This document shows, piece by piece, positions 43,970-55,970 of a DNA stretch of 64,000 nucleotides. The stretch covers positions 1,364,001 to 1,428,000 of the forward strand of contig NC_043006.1 of NCBI RefSeq assembly GCF_006345805.1. Direction: 5' to 3'. The translations under genes and the position numbers were made by a program. The notes beneath the pieces were generated by a model. That model was not told the origin of the DNA and did not search any database. It saw only the letters and a program-made list of their open reading frames with translations. The number at the start of each line of letters is the position of its first letter. Position 1 is the first letter of the stretch. Origin of the DNA: Octopus sinensis (taxonomy: Eukaryota).

Positions 43970-44141
43970 ATGTATATACGCATATATACATACATACAAT
44001 CATATACAGATATACATACATGGATATATACATATACAGATACATAAATATGTGGGTATATATATATATACACATATATATATACATATATATGTATATA
44101 TACAAACACATATATATACACATATATATATATACATATAT

Positions 44142-44228
<87 letters not shown>

Positions 44229-44380
44229 TACGGGTGTGTGTGATTGTGTATAGAAGAATATATTAATAAAAGGAATTCCAGCCTTGTCTGATTTTCACGT
44301 TTTATTTACAATCTTATAATGATATAAGATAATATAATATAATAAAATAAAATAATAGAATGTTAAATGTTCATTCTGAT

Positions 44381-44425
44381 TGAACTAGTACTTTCATGCA
44401 TTAAATTCTGCAATCTTCAGGTTCA
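44381..44425 (-). ncRNA. Minimal type-I hammerhead ribozyme in the PLE pseudo-LTR
   Basis: TGAAC-CTGAAGA-TTGCA(GAATTTAA)TGCAT-GAAA-GTAC-TA-GTTCA. 5-bp stem I, palindromic AGTACT stem III; same strand as the ORF. Confidence 0.8.
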
Positions 44426-44489
44426 TGTAGTAGTGGTGACAGTCATGCTTCACAATTTTTTACTGTAGCGAGATGATTGAATCTGTGCC

Positions 44490-44602
44490 TTAAATACAGC
44501 TGTGTAGACTCCAGATTGCTAGGTTTTGCAAACTGTATTCTGACCAATCAGTGTATAGTATCACTCAATTACTTAAGCTGATTGGTTGGTTCAGCTGATT
44601 GG
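44490..44602 (-). promoter_or_regulatory. Putative pol II promoter of the PLE pseudo-LTR
   Basis: Three CCAATCAG boxes (44544, 44581, 44598) upstream of TATTTAA (44490-44496, minus strand), about 65 bp before the HHR. Confidence 0.5.
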
Positions 44603-44847
44603 TTTAGGCGTCACGCTTTGTTGAACATGTCAAGAGTCCTGTATCTTGACCCTGGCCGAGGCAGCAATTGTTGGGCTACTTTTAGAAATGTTGTAAATAG
44701 CCTTTGTCAGAGATTTTTATATTTTTGTATTTCAATTGTCATCATCATCATTGTCAGCACCTTAACTATTGTTGCTAGTGGTGATGGTGGTGGCAATAGA
44801 ACTTTTAACCCTAAATAAGATCATTTTCCTGCTATCTAAGTATTATT

Positions 44848-46410
44848 ATTATTGCTTATTTAGCTTGGATTCGAATTTATCAATAAAATTCTTTTCTCTG
44901 ATTTTCCTCTCGATTTCACTTGGGCTGTGTCATTTGTAGAATGGAAATATTATATATATTTTCCGACCACATGTTGCTAGGTGGTTACTCAAAGGTATCT
45001 GACGGACCTCTGGGGCTCTAATCTGTTGTCGGTGTACACGTGAGCGTTCTGATAGTGCATTTCCCGTCTGATTTACATATATTTCTTCACAATTTGGGCA
45101 TTTGATGCAGTAAATTAAATTTCTGCTTTTGCAGTTCATATTCGCGTTTGTGAATATTTTCCCGGTTTTTGTGTTTATATATTGGCCGGTATGTATGAAT
45201 TGGCATGTGCCACATCGGCTATCATTGCATTTAGATACAGTGAATGTTTGGTCTTTGTTGCTAAGGTCAAATTTTGCCTTTGTTAGTAATTTTTTCAAGT
45301 TTTTAGGCTGTCTTTTACAAAGAACCATAGCTCGATCCGTGATTGTCTTTTAATTCATTACTTTGGGCAATGATTGGTAGGTTTGCTTTGGCAATGTTGA
45401 AGATATTCTGGTGACATGGGTTGTGTGTCACTGTGAATGGTATGACTTGTTCTTGTTTTCCTCTTCCTTGGGTTGTCCTAAGTTGTTGTATGGGTATTTT
45501 TATAGCCCGCTGTATGCCATTTTCTATAAATAGAGATGGGTATTTTTGTTTGAGCAAAAATTCTCTTAGTTCTGTTAGGCGTTTGTTCCTGATATTTGCA
45601 TCTTCTACAATGGTACAAATTCTTCTGGCTAGGCAGTATGGGATGTTGCGTTTTGTATGTGGTGGATGGCACGACTTAAAATTCAGGTATTGATGTGTGT
45701 CTGTGTGTTTATAGTATATATCTGTGGTATGGTGGTGTCCTTTTTAATTACAATTACATCTAGGTATGGTAATTTGGTACTACTCATCTCCTTTGTAAAT
45801 TGGAGAGATGGGTGTAGGTTGTTCAGAAGGATATTGAAATCTTCCAGAGTATTTAGAGATTCTGTCCAGATTATGAAGCAGTCGTCAAGGTATCTCTTCC
45901 ATGCCTTTTCAATATACTTTCTAAATCCAGTGCCATAGTTTACCTCTACCTTTTGGTAGAGTTGTTGTTCTAAGTATCCCATTACAGAGTTGGCGTAAAC
46001 GGGAGCAAACCTCGTCCCCATCGCCGTGCCTCTAATTTGGATGTAATTCTTTCCATTGAAGAAGAATGTGTTGTTTTCTAGAATAAGTTTGACTGTGTCT
46101 AATATAAATGGCACTGTGAATCTGCTGGGAATCACTTCTCTATGTTTTTCTAACCAGTATTTAATCGCCTTTATTCCTAAATCGTGTGGAATATTGGTGT
46201 AGAGGCTTACCACATCAAAACTTAGTAAAACTGAATTTGTTTCTGTTGTTTTGGGAAGATGGGACAGGAAGTCGATATCATCCCTGATGAAACTGGGTAC
46301 GTAAGTACATAGTGGTTTCAAAACAATGTCAATAAAATTGCTTAGACGGTGGGGAGGGCATGCTAGACCAGCTATAATAGGTCTAAGTTTTAGGTCTTTT
46401 GGATGTAGTA
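44848..46410 (-). pseudogene. PLE reverse transcriptase / GIY-YIG endonuclease ORF, disrupted
   Basis: LRPII, SFDVVSLYTNIP, QIRGTAMGTRFAP, WKRYLDDCF, LPYLDV, TDIYYK, SCHP, CNDSRCGTC and NLIYCIKC...IYVNQT motifs. Frameshifts near 45720 and 45345; in-frame TGA at 44930. Confidence 0.92.
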
Positions 46411-46414
46411 ATAT

Positions 46415-46780
46415 ATATATATATTATTTATTATTTAATTAAACACCGCGCATCCATTTCCAAGTGAGGTTTTCTTCATCTTTTTGATGCCACTCTCTAC
46501 TCTATACTGTTTTCTTCCTCCAGCCTTCTCTAATTTCCTTTTCTCCCCTCCTTCCTTCATCATTTTCTATCTGACTGTCTGTCTATCTCTTTTCTTCTCT
46601 CTTCTTTCTCTCTCCCTCTCTATCTCGTTCCTCACACGTGACCATCGTCTATCTTTCTTTTCCTCACATGACTATCTTTCTTTTCCTGCACGGACATTTA
46701 AAAGAACGGACGTGTTTATCTCCCTCTCTCTCTTCTATCTTTTCTCTTTTCAAAAAAATGCATCCGTGTTAAGGTGACAG
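46415..46780 (+). mobile_element. Possible terminal remnant of a second PLE
   Basis: LNTAHPF.SE.FFI resembles the extreme C-terminus of PLE ORFs and is followed by a CT-rich tract. Weak. Confidence 0.25.
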
Positions 46781-46879
46781 GTGGGCGTGTACAGGGTTTA
46801 AGTATTTATGAACTAAAGGAGCAGCGGAGTTGTTGGTTCTGGAAGTAGAGTTATCACTCACTCAACCTCTCTGGCTCTG

Positions 46880-47070
46880 CAAGGTTGAGTTTAATGTTCG
46901 TGTGGGAGGAAGGGCGCTTTGAAACCGAACTCAAGATACTGCATGGAAAAAGGAGACGTCGTCATCAAACCCCTTCAACTGTTGTCCGCGGTCAGTTTAT
47001 GTGCCTTCAGTGTCATAGAATCTGCCTATCTCGTATCGCTCTCGGCCACATCCACTCCAATGAAAAAAAT
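46880..47070 (+). mobile_element. RTE-like LINE 3' fragment
   Basis: KRRRRH...FMCLQCHRICLSRIALGHIHS resembles the RTE C-terminal CxxC..SRIGL.SH zinc finger. Confidence 0.55.
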
Positions 47071-47575
47071 GTGTTGGGGGCGGAGGAGGATGACTGTCCT
47101 GGATCGACGCGGCCATCACCTTTGATAGGCTGTCATAAGCAGGAGAAAGTATTGAAAATATTGTACTTGTAAAGCTGTGTGGCTCAACAAGAATACAATG
47201 TTTCTTCCTATATAGTGACCCTCCGGGTCCTAACTCTGTTGTTAGGTGCCCCTACCGTAACCACGTATTTCATGTCAGAATTGATCTTATAGGCAACCTC
47301 AGGATCCACAAAGTGCAAAGCTGATAACTCAGCTGTCTTCAGAGATATGAAGGATGCATCTAATATATTTGAACACACACACACACAGCGATCTCAAGAT
47401 TAATCAGCCGAAATTGCGAGGATGATCCGGTTCTTGACTGAAGATTGAAGGCTTCAAATGTCCCGTCCGTGTTTTTTGTATCGTCTTCTAAATGTTTTGC
47501 GTTCTTGTCCCAGTTTGTTTTTTTTACATATACATATATATGTTTATATATATGTGTGTGTGTATGTGTGTGTGT

Positions 47576-48047
47576 ATTTATAAACAACTTATAAACAAGG
47601 GCAAAAGAAAAAATTCTAATGCCAAATATGCCGAAAATCGACTTAAATCGTCAATAACCATATAATTCATCACTATAAGCACGCGTCTCGAAGTAAGCCG
47701 ACAGAAATTTCAAAAAAATCCGTTATTATCGTATGGGCTCCGATTTCAGAGTTAATTCATAAGAATTTTCTCCTCGTCAGCGATAAATACGGTAAGAAAT
47801 AAATGAAATACTTACTTATACCCATGGAAGAAGCAAACACTAAGTCCTGAGTACACTTAAGTACCCCAAATATAGTGATGAATTATATGGTTATTGACGA
47901 TTTAAGTCGATTTTCGGCATATTTGGCATTAGAATTTTTGTCTTTTACCCTTGTTTATAAGTTGTTTATAAATTTAACCTTTAAAGGTATTTTTTAATAT
48001 GCTGGTCATTGATAGAATTTTTTCGAAAAATTTTATCCTATATTAGA
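47576..48047. mobile_element. Fold-back HHR element (family H3, copy 1)
   Basis: About 102-bp inverted arms at 47576-47677 and 47871-47973, plus a 3' tail; homologous to 49003-49540. Confidence 0.8.
47726..47786 (-). ncRNA. Type-I hammerhead ribozyme, intact core
   Basis: TTATCG-CTGACGA-GGAG(18 nt)CTCT-GAAA-TCGGAGCCCA-TA-CGATAA. Confidence 0.8.
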
Positions 48048-48132
48048 TATGTTTATATATATATGTGCTTATATATATATATATATATATGTTTATATAT
48101 ATATATGTGCTTATATATATATATATATGTTT

Positions 48133-48171
<39 letters not shown>

Positions 48172-48176
<5 letters not shown>

Positions 48177-48431
48177 ATCCAAACATGAAAACACAAAGAG
48201 AAAACACAACAACACGAGGACGTGGAACAAGTATAGTATTATTTGACGCTCAGGAAAGAGCGTCTTCCCTTCCTTGGATCTTTCCTTTACCTATGTTTCT
48301 GACGAAGAGCTCCGCTTCAAACGTTAATCATCCTTCTTTCTTTCCTTTCCTGAGCGTCCAATAATACTATATTTGTTCCACGTCCTGGCGTTGTTGTGTT
48401 TTCTCTTTGTGTTTTCATGTTTGGATTAACT
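48172..48431 (+). mobile_element. Fold-back HHR element (family H1)
   Basis: 87-bp inverted arms at 48172-48258 and 48345-48431. The spacer holds a degenerate HHR at 48295-48329 (GTTT-CTGACGA-A-GAGCTCCGCTT-CAAA-CG-TT-AATC). Confidence 0.8.
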
Positions 48432-48432
48432 T

Positions 48433-48515
<83 letters not shown>

Positions 48516-48910
48516 TTAAAATATAAGTATATGAAAGAAGAGACAATCATTATCGCTATGGGCTCCTTGAGAGCAGTCAGCTAAAAGCTTTTTGTGGATT
48601 TTGATGTCGACATAAGTTCCTTGCTTTTCCCGATGAGAAATCTGCATAATGTACTCCTTATTCTTTCGGAATTAGGAATATGCAGCCTTCGAAACATATG
48701 TCGAAAATAAAGGAATTTTGTTAACTCGTCATTCAACTCCATTCTTTCATATACTTATATTTTTAAAATAAACATACAAATTTCCGCACGAAAGCACGTA
48801 GTCTATGCCCTAGGGACGTAACTTCAACCGTGTTCTTTTGATGTGAATTTGCTACCCAGGTATCGGCTAGCTTTCGAATTATCTTTAATAAGATAATTCA
48901 TTCAACTTCT

Positions 48911-48913
<3 letters not shown>
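48516..48913 (+). mobile_element. HHR element (family H2, diverged) with short 5' inversion
   Basis: About 23-bp inverted arms at 48516-48539 and 48742-48765; tail shared with the 38781 element. Confidence 0.75.
48617..48715 (+). ncRNA. Type-I hammerhead with long stems I and II (U4>C variant)
   Basis: TTCCTTGCTTTTC-CCGATGA-GAAATCTGCATA...TATGCAGCCTTC-GAAA-CATATG-TC-GAAAATAAAGGAA. Confidence 0.75.
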
Positions 48914-48993
<80 letters not shown>

Positions 48994-49002
48994 TATATAT
49001 AT

Positions 49003-49540
49003 TAATTTACAAGATAAGGGCAGAAGAAAAATTCTAATGCCAAATATGCCGAAACAAAAGAATTGTCGATAACCATTATAATTTATGCGGCTCGAAACAA
49101 ACCGATAGAAATCTCTAAAAAATTCGTTATTACCGTATTGGTCCAATTTCGGGGTTAATTCATAAGAAATTTTCCCCTCTTCAGCAGCAAATACGCGAGA
49201 TATGAATGAAATACTCATACCCATGGAAAAAGCAAGCACTACGTCCTGAGCAGACTTAAGTACCCCAAATATATCCAAAATAGAAAAATAGATTATGAAT
49301 TAACCCCGAAATTGGACCAATACGGTAATAACGAATTTTTTAGAGATTTCTATCGGTTTGTTTCGAGCCGCATAAATTTAATGGTTATCGACAATTCTTT
49401 TGTCTCGGCGTATTTGACATTAGAATTTTTCTTCTGTCCTTATCTTGTAAATTATGTATAAATTTTACCTTTAAAGGCATTTTTTGATATGCTGGCCATT
49501 GATAAAATTTTTTCCCAAAAAAGATGTTATCCTATATTAA
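49003..49540. mobile_element. Fold-back HHR element (family H3, copy 2)
   Basis: About 162-bp inverted arms at 49003-49165 and 49293-49454, plus a 3' tail; TA on both flanks. Confidence 0.8.
49130..49190 (-). ncRNA. Type-I hammerhead ribozyme, intact core
   Basis: TTGCTG-CTGAAGA-GGGG(19 nt)CCCC-GAAA-TTGGACCAA-TA-CGGTAA. Confidence 0.85.
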
Positions 49541-49547
49541 TTATATA

Positions 49548-49634
<87 letters not shown>

Positions 49635-49984
49635 TATATATATATTCCAGTCCTACAGCACATTTTTATTTTCCTTTGCGTTGCCCCATATCTGACTGTT
49701 TCGCAGCCGCACCGCTTTTTGTCCTTTTTTGTCGTATATGTATATTTTATTTTGTCGTGTTTGTTTTCATCATTGTCCTGTACGTTTGTTAGCTATTCTC
49801 AGTTGCTTATCACCACTGACGCCACCAAAAGTGGACAATATCCACGTCAAAGGCACGAAATTGTAACGATCTATTGGATGTTGACTGATGAGGATTTAGC
49901 TACAAATTCGTTGTTTGTTATGTTTTTGTATAATTTTCCGTTCGTTGTGTTTTTATTAAATTTTTGCTATATATATATATATAG

Positions 49985-50335
49985 TGAGAGAAGATTCGTC
50001 GGATACAGTGTGAGGCGACTGTTGCTATCGCTTGGCCTAACTCATCGTAAAGTAAATACCTCCATGAACAATATCCAAACTACAGTGGAAAAGGCTGGTC
50101 ACTGGATTTGGTTAAAAAGAGACGCTGAGCGATGGCTAGAAGAATATTGAGCTATATTTGATCAGCAGTTGATCTAGCAAGCGGGGCTTCATGTCAGTGA
50201 GGGTGCGCATTGATGCCGTCGAGAGGTAGGCCCCAAAACGGTACACATTCTCTCTTGGTGACCCAATACACTTGCTGGCTTTCGATATGCGAAGCTTTCG
50301 ACTGGTAGCACTTGCATGTGCAAGTTGTTCGCAAA
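49985..50335 (+). mobile_element. HERO/NeSL-like (RLE) non-LTR 3' fragment
   Basis: RRFVGYSVRRLLLSLGL...IQTTVEKAGHWIWLKR resembles the RGFV...AEKAS.WIW.KR C-terminus of HERO-type elements. Confidence 0.55.
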
Positions 50336-50367
50336 GTGTGTGTGTGTGTGTGTGTGTGTGCGTGTGT

Positions 50368-50426
<59 letters not shown>

Positions 50427-50826
50427 ATGTATGTATACAAGCGTGGTATAACTGCTATTTAAAGATATAAACTGTAAATGGTCCAATGCCTTCCCTGAGA
50501 AAATAACGCCATTATATGCTACCTTAACATCGGTGGTGAAGATTGGTAAAATCTTCAGTACGGCGGCACCATTATTATTACTTCTGGGTAAAGTGAAATT
50601 TAGCAGAATGCATGTCCCAAGAGATATTATGATCTCCCTTTAATTTTCTATATAATGGAATCTAGATGACAACCCTGAAGAGTTTAGCATTTCATAATTA
50701 AATTTAGAAAAATATATGTCGTTCTTATTTGATGAAATTATTTATCTTGGCGTCTTGTGGCGTATGTATGTGTGCATGTGTGTGAGAGAGACAGGTTGTG
50801 TGTGTGGTGTGTGTGTGTGTGTGTGT

Positions 50827-50888
<62 letters not shown>

Positions 50889-51039
50889 CGTGCGTTTGTG
50901 TGTGGGCGGATATACATTCAGAAGGCGCTGAGTAATTTCATCAAATAATAGCGACAAATATTTTGCTAAATTTAATCGCGAAACTATAAACAAGAGCGAG
51001 AGAGGGAGAGAGAAAGAGTGAGAGAGAGGTAGACAAACA

Positions 51040-51063
51040 GATATATATATACATATATATGTA

Positions 51064-51094
<31 letters not shown>

Positions 51095-51154
51095 GCATAT
51101 ATATAAATATATACATATATACATATATAATATATAAATATATGTGTGTGTGTG

Positions 51155-51214
<60 letters not shown>

Positions 51215-51797
51215 TAATATATGCATATATAATATATATATGTATATATATGTATATATATATGCATATATATGTATACATATATATAGGATATATATAA
51301 ATGTATGCATATACATATATATGTAAATATATATATATATATTTATATATATATATACATATATTTATTACTTATACATACATACATACATACATACACA
51401 CATACATACATGAATACATACATACATACATACATACATACACACATACATACATGAATACATACATAGATACATACATACATACATATATACATACATA
51501 CATACATACATACATACATACATACATACATACATACATACATACATACATACGTACATATATACATACATAGATACATACATATATACATACATACATA
51601 TATACATACATACATACATACATATATACATACATACAACATACATACATACATATATACATACATACATACATACATACATACATACATACATACATAC
51701 ATACATACATACATACATACATACACACATACACACATACATACACACATACACACATACATACATACATACATACATACATACATACATACATACA

Positions 51798-51829
<32 letters not shown>

Positions 51830-51830
51830 A
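51040..51830. repeat. (TA)n/(TACA)n array
   Basis: Direct inspection. Confidence 0.95.
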
Positions 51831-52444
51831 ATATATCACTCTGTGTGTGTATGTGTGTACGCGCGCACGGTGGATGCGAAAATATAATACTGTGTTATAA
51901 ATCACCGGAGAGATGGAAGACATTTTGCTATGGAAGCTTCTGAATGATACGTTAATGGAAAAGTAAGATGGTCGTTCCTGCTGCGTCGGTGTATTTAATA
52001 TGCTGAACAGCTGCGTTGGATGGAAACGAGGAGGATTGAAAATAAAAATAAATGCTATACACGAGAGTCATTCATTGTTGCTCAAGTTATTAACCGCCGT
52101 TCTGTAGCCCTTAGTTTCTCAATGAAAGAATTCTACGAAATAAACCGTTCTCTCAGTGCTGTTAATTTCCCCAGGAATATTCAAATGCAAGAACGTTTCA
52201 TTCCACGGAAGAAGAGAAAATTCCATCAGCGTGTAACTACATCACAGCTTTTAGTTTGCTCGATTTTAATATCTAGCTTATAAGCTGTTGGTGTATATTC
52301 CCATCCATATGATGTTTTCACTAATCAAATAAATGGGTGCCAACTGAATTTTCTGGACCCTCTTATTACCAAAATTTGTGTTCTGCTCAGAGAAATCAGG
52401 TCAATATTCAAAATGTTTCTTTATGGTATGTAATATAGAGCAAG

Positions 52445-52865
52445 GCGGTGGAAGCTGGCAGAAACGTTAGCACGGTGGGCGAAATGCTTTGTTTGTGGTA
52501 TTTCGTCTGCCGCTACGTTCTGAGTTCAAATTCCGACGAGGTCAACTTTGCCTTTCATCCTTCCGGGGTCGATAAATTAAGTACCAGTTTCACACTGGGT
52601 CGATGTAATCGACTTCATCCGTTTGTCTGTCCTTGTTTATCCCCTCTGTGTTTAGCCCCTTGTGGGCAGTGAAGAAATAGGTATTTCGTCTGCCGCTATA
52701 CGTTCTGAGTTCAAATTCCGACGAGGTCAACTTTGCCTTTCATCCTTTCGGGATCGATAAATTAAGTACCAGTTTCGCACTGGGGTCGATGTAATCGACT
52801 TAATCCGTTTGTCTGTCCTTGTTTGTTCCCTCTGTGTTTAGCCCCTTGTGGGCAATAAAGAAATA
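52445..52865 (+). mobile_element. SINE family B, internally duplicated, with 20-bp TSD
   Basis: GGTATGTAATATAGAGCAAG at 52425-52444 and 52866-52885; the body is repeated in tandem from GGTATTTCGTC. Confidence 0.9.
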
Positions 52866-54169
52866 GGTATGTAATATAGAGCAAGAGATTAATCGTAAAT
52901 ACATAAAAATTGAGGCAGTTTCTCTTTCTGTTACTCTTTCTGGTTGAACTGGTTCACTTCTTAATTCAAGACGGTACACAGAACAGCGATAATTCTAACA
53001 ATGGTGTAGTTAATCTTAATACGTTCGGAAAATACCTCCTTCACAGGTTTGGGAAGACAACGAGACACTGAGGATCTCTTGGTGTGTCTGGTCGTTCGAG
53101 AAACAGCTTGCTGGACCAAATAATTTGTTTGCTGGTTTCTGTTAGATTCGTCGGCCTGACAGAATAGCTTCGTATTGGGAGACACTCAACAAGATCGAGA
53201 CACCATCATATCTCGAAGTTCCCCTAGACTAATGCATTAGAAGTATCATGAACACACATCATCTAAAGGACGTTGTTCTCCAATGACGAAAAAGAACAGC
53301 GATCGAAATATTCACGTTCGAATCTGCCAGAACGTATCAAAGATGAACAGGTAGATTATAGTTCACTTGTTCTTTAACTTTTTCCCTTTGTACCCGTATA
53401 TCTGGTTATATAACTTGGAGTAGAATAGCTTCTGTCAAATAAACTTATGAAGGACACACTATGCATAGAGTAAATCTTTGGAGGTGATACAACGAATTTT
53501 TAAGAATACATTCGGAAAACAAGATTGTTCCACTTTCAAGCGTGTTTTCTTTGAAACCGTTTTGTCTCTCTTTCAAAATAAACATTACCCGTCAGTTTTA
53601 CACACTGTGGAATGAAGTCGTAACAACTTTTCGATTTTTTACTGAAGCTTTTTCTCGCTTTGCTTTTATGGTTATATCATAATCTTATACATTTGTCTGA
53701 TTAGAAACTTAAATATTCGATTCGCAAATAACAATAAGATGTATTAGTTATTTAAATGTTTGACTTCCGTGAAAAAAAGGGAAAAAGTTATTTTTATAGA
53801 AGAAATTCTTATTGAAATAAGCAACAGATTAAAGCACAGACATCCTTGGAGAGCCAGAAAATGTTGAAGAAAAACTGTATTATTTTTCACAAATGAACTA
53901 TATATTTACTTTCTTTCGTAAGATAGTTTTTTCCGAATTCTCATACATCTTTAATATAACATTTCAGCGCAAATTTTAAATATTGATGCTAAAAAGATTC
54001 ATGTACAAGAAACAATAGTAATATTGAACAAGAAAAACAGGGCCAGTAGAGTGTAGAGAATAAATCACTCGCCAACAGTTTGAGATTCTTTAATAAATTA
54101 TTGGATAGTTTCTACAGTTTGCATTGGTAAAACATAAGATATATAGGAATCAATAAAAGAGCTTTGCTT

Positions 54170-54360
54170 GTTCGCTCGAGCTGAAAGAAGAAGCCAAATT
54201 TCCTTCAAATCAAACTCTACCGTCTTTAAAAAGATGGTTATTGAATAAGGTAGCTCGAAGATATACTATGCCAGAAAATGAAGACAGTATGGTCATGGCT
54301 GGAAGGATTTTTTCCTCATAGGTCTGCTCGTCTAGACCTGGCTAGGAAATAAATAACAGT
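54170..54360 (+). repeat. Old interspersed repeat, family D (also near 4350, 10780, 14600, 19465, 23780 and 31720)
   Basis: Recurrent gaaa..gcagccaaatttcc.tcaaatcaca...ggtcatggctggaa...gacct.gggctaaacaa consensus. Confidence 0.6.
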
Positions 54361-55099
54361 AATTATAAAGACAGGTGTATGCTGGGAGGCTGTGAAGAGT
54401 CTCTTCATTGAGTGAGGGAACTGAAAAAGGTAATAAAAACTTGAAAAGTTTGTAATTATTTTTGAAAGTAGTGTGGAGACGATGGCAGTGGTTGAACGCA
54501 GAGGATGGTATAAGGAAGTTCAGAAGACGGAATAAAGAGAAGCGAATAAGGGTAGAAGAAAAACAAATTTTAACGGTGAAAGGTAATTGAAATATAAAAT
54601 AAAAAACGGTAACTAGAAAGTTCTATATTTAGTTGAAATAAAAGGGCAAAGAAAAAGAAAGAAAAAAGAAAACGATGGGCGTGAGAAGGGTAAGGTGTAA
54701 GGAAATAAGATTAGAAAATGTCTTTGAGAAAGTTAACAGCGTAAAGTTTATAGCCAAAAGGTAATCCTACAAACAAACCAAAGACAAAGCAAACACGTAT
54801 TTCCATACAGCTATTGTGGTAGTTCTTGATATCTTTGCAGTTGTTTGCTTTATACACTAAACGTCTGCACAAAACGTCTCTCGAAGACAAAATCGAATGC
54901 AGGGAAAATTCCACACTAAGTAGAAAAATGGAGAAAGAAACATTATCTGGCTTGATTTGAACCTCTATTCTCTGTCCCCAAGGCAAGTTCTTCACGCAGA
55001 CGCGTGAGCATGAGCAAAGGTAATAATTGCAGATAGTATACACTGAAAATCTGATACGCATTGTTATATCACTTTTTTTAGAGCCAGATATAGAATCAA

Positions 55100-55320
55100 G
55101 GCGGCGAGCTGGCAGAGTCGTTAGCACGCCGGGCGAAGTGCTTAGCTATATTTCGTCTGCCGCTACGTACTGAGTTCAAATTCCGCCGAGGTCGTCTTTG
55201 CCTTTCATCCTTTCAGGGTCGATTAACTAAGTACCAGTTACGCACTGGAGTCGATATAATCGACTTAATCCGCTTGTTTGTCCTCTCTGTGTGTAGCCCT
55301 TTGTGGGCAGTAAAGAAATA
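55100..55320 (+). mobile_element. SINE family B with 14-bp TSD
   Basis: AGATATAGAATCAA (55086-55099) / AGACATAGAATCAA (55321-55334). Confidence 0.9.
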
Positions 55321-55930
55321 AGACATAGAATCAATTCCACCACGCTTTCCAGAAACGTCTGGAATTTCAAAGATATCGGTATTACCAACGTCACTTTTGG
55401 CTGGTATCGATGAAAATAAATTTATTGTAAAAAACATCATGTTCTAGATTCATTAAACATTAATGAATGACTTATCTATTTTACCTTTTTCTATATCATC
55501 CACAAAGAAACAAAATGATTGACATCGTTCTATAACATTCGATTGATATTTTACTTGGGTACGATGCAACTAATTTATGAGAGAAGGGAATAAGATTGAT
55601 ACAAAGATATGAATAATTGATAATCAAGGTGAAATTAATCTGAATGATTCCTATGAGTTATAGGTCAACGTATCGGCGAACTTGGGAAAAAGAAACAATA
55701 TCATTAAAATCGTGTTAATGCTTTAGGCTTGTTTTGTAACTCTTTTTCTATCTATTTAATTGTGTAAATGATTTTAGATAAATCTCAAATATTTGTGCTG
55801 CCACCGGAGCATAGCAGATTTGACTCATTTCATGTTTTGCTATATTTTATGGCTCATGTTCAGCAGAACGGAAATAAGGAACAAATAATGAATATTTACA
55901 ATAATGCATATATGGGTGGGGGGGCGTCTT

Positions 55931-55970
<40 letters not shown>

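Larger units (their letters stand above)
44254..46410 (-). mobile_element. Penelope-like element (Neptune-like), 5'-truncated
   Basis: RT and GIY-YIG coding region followed by a 3' region with CCAAT/TATA motifs and an HHR; microsatellite on both flanks. Confidence 0.92.

Noticed and set aside
49524-50150. 208-aa ORF
   Set aside because: A chance fusion of microsatellite, a non-coding island and a HERO-like C-terminal fragment.
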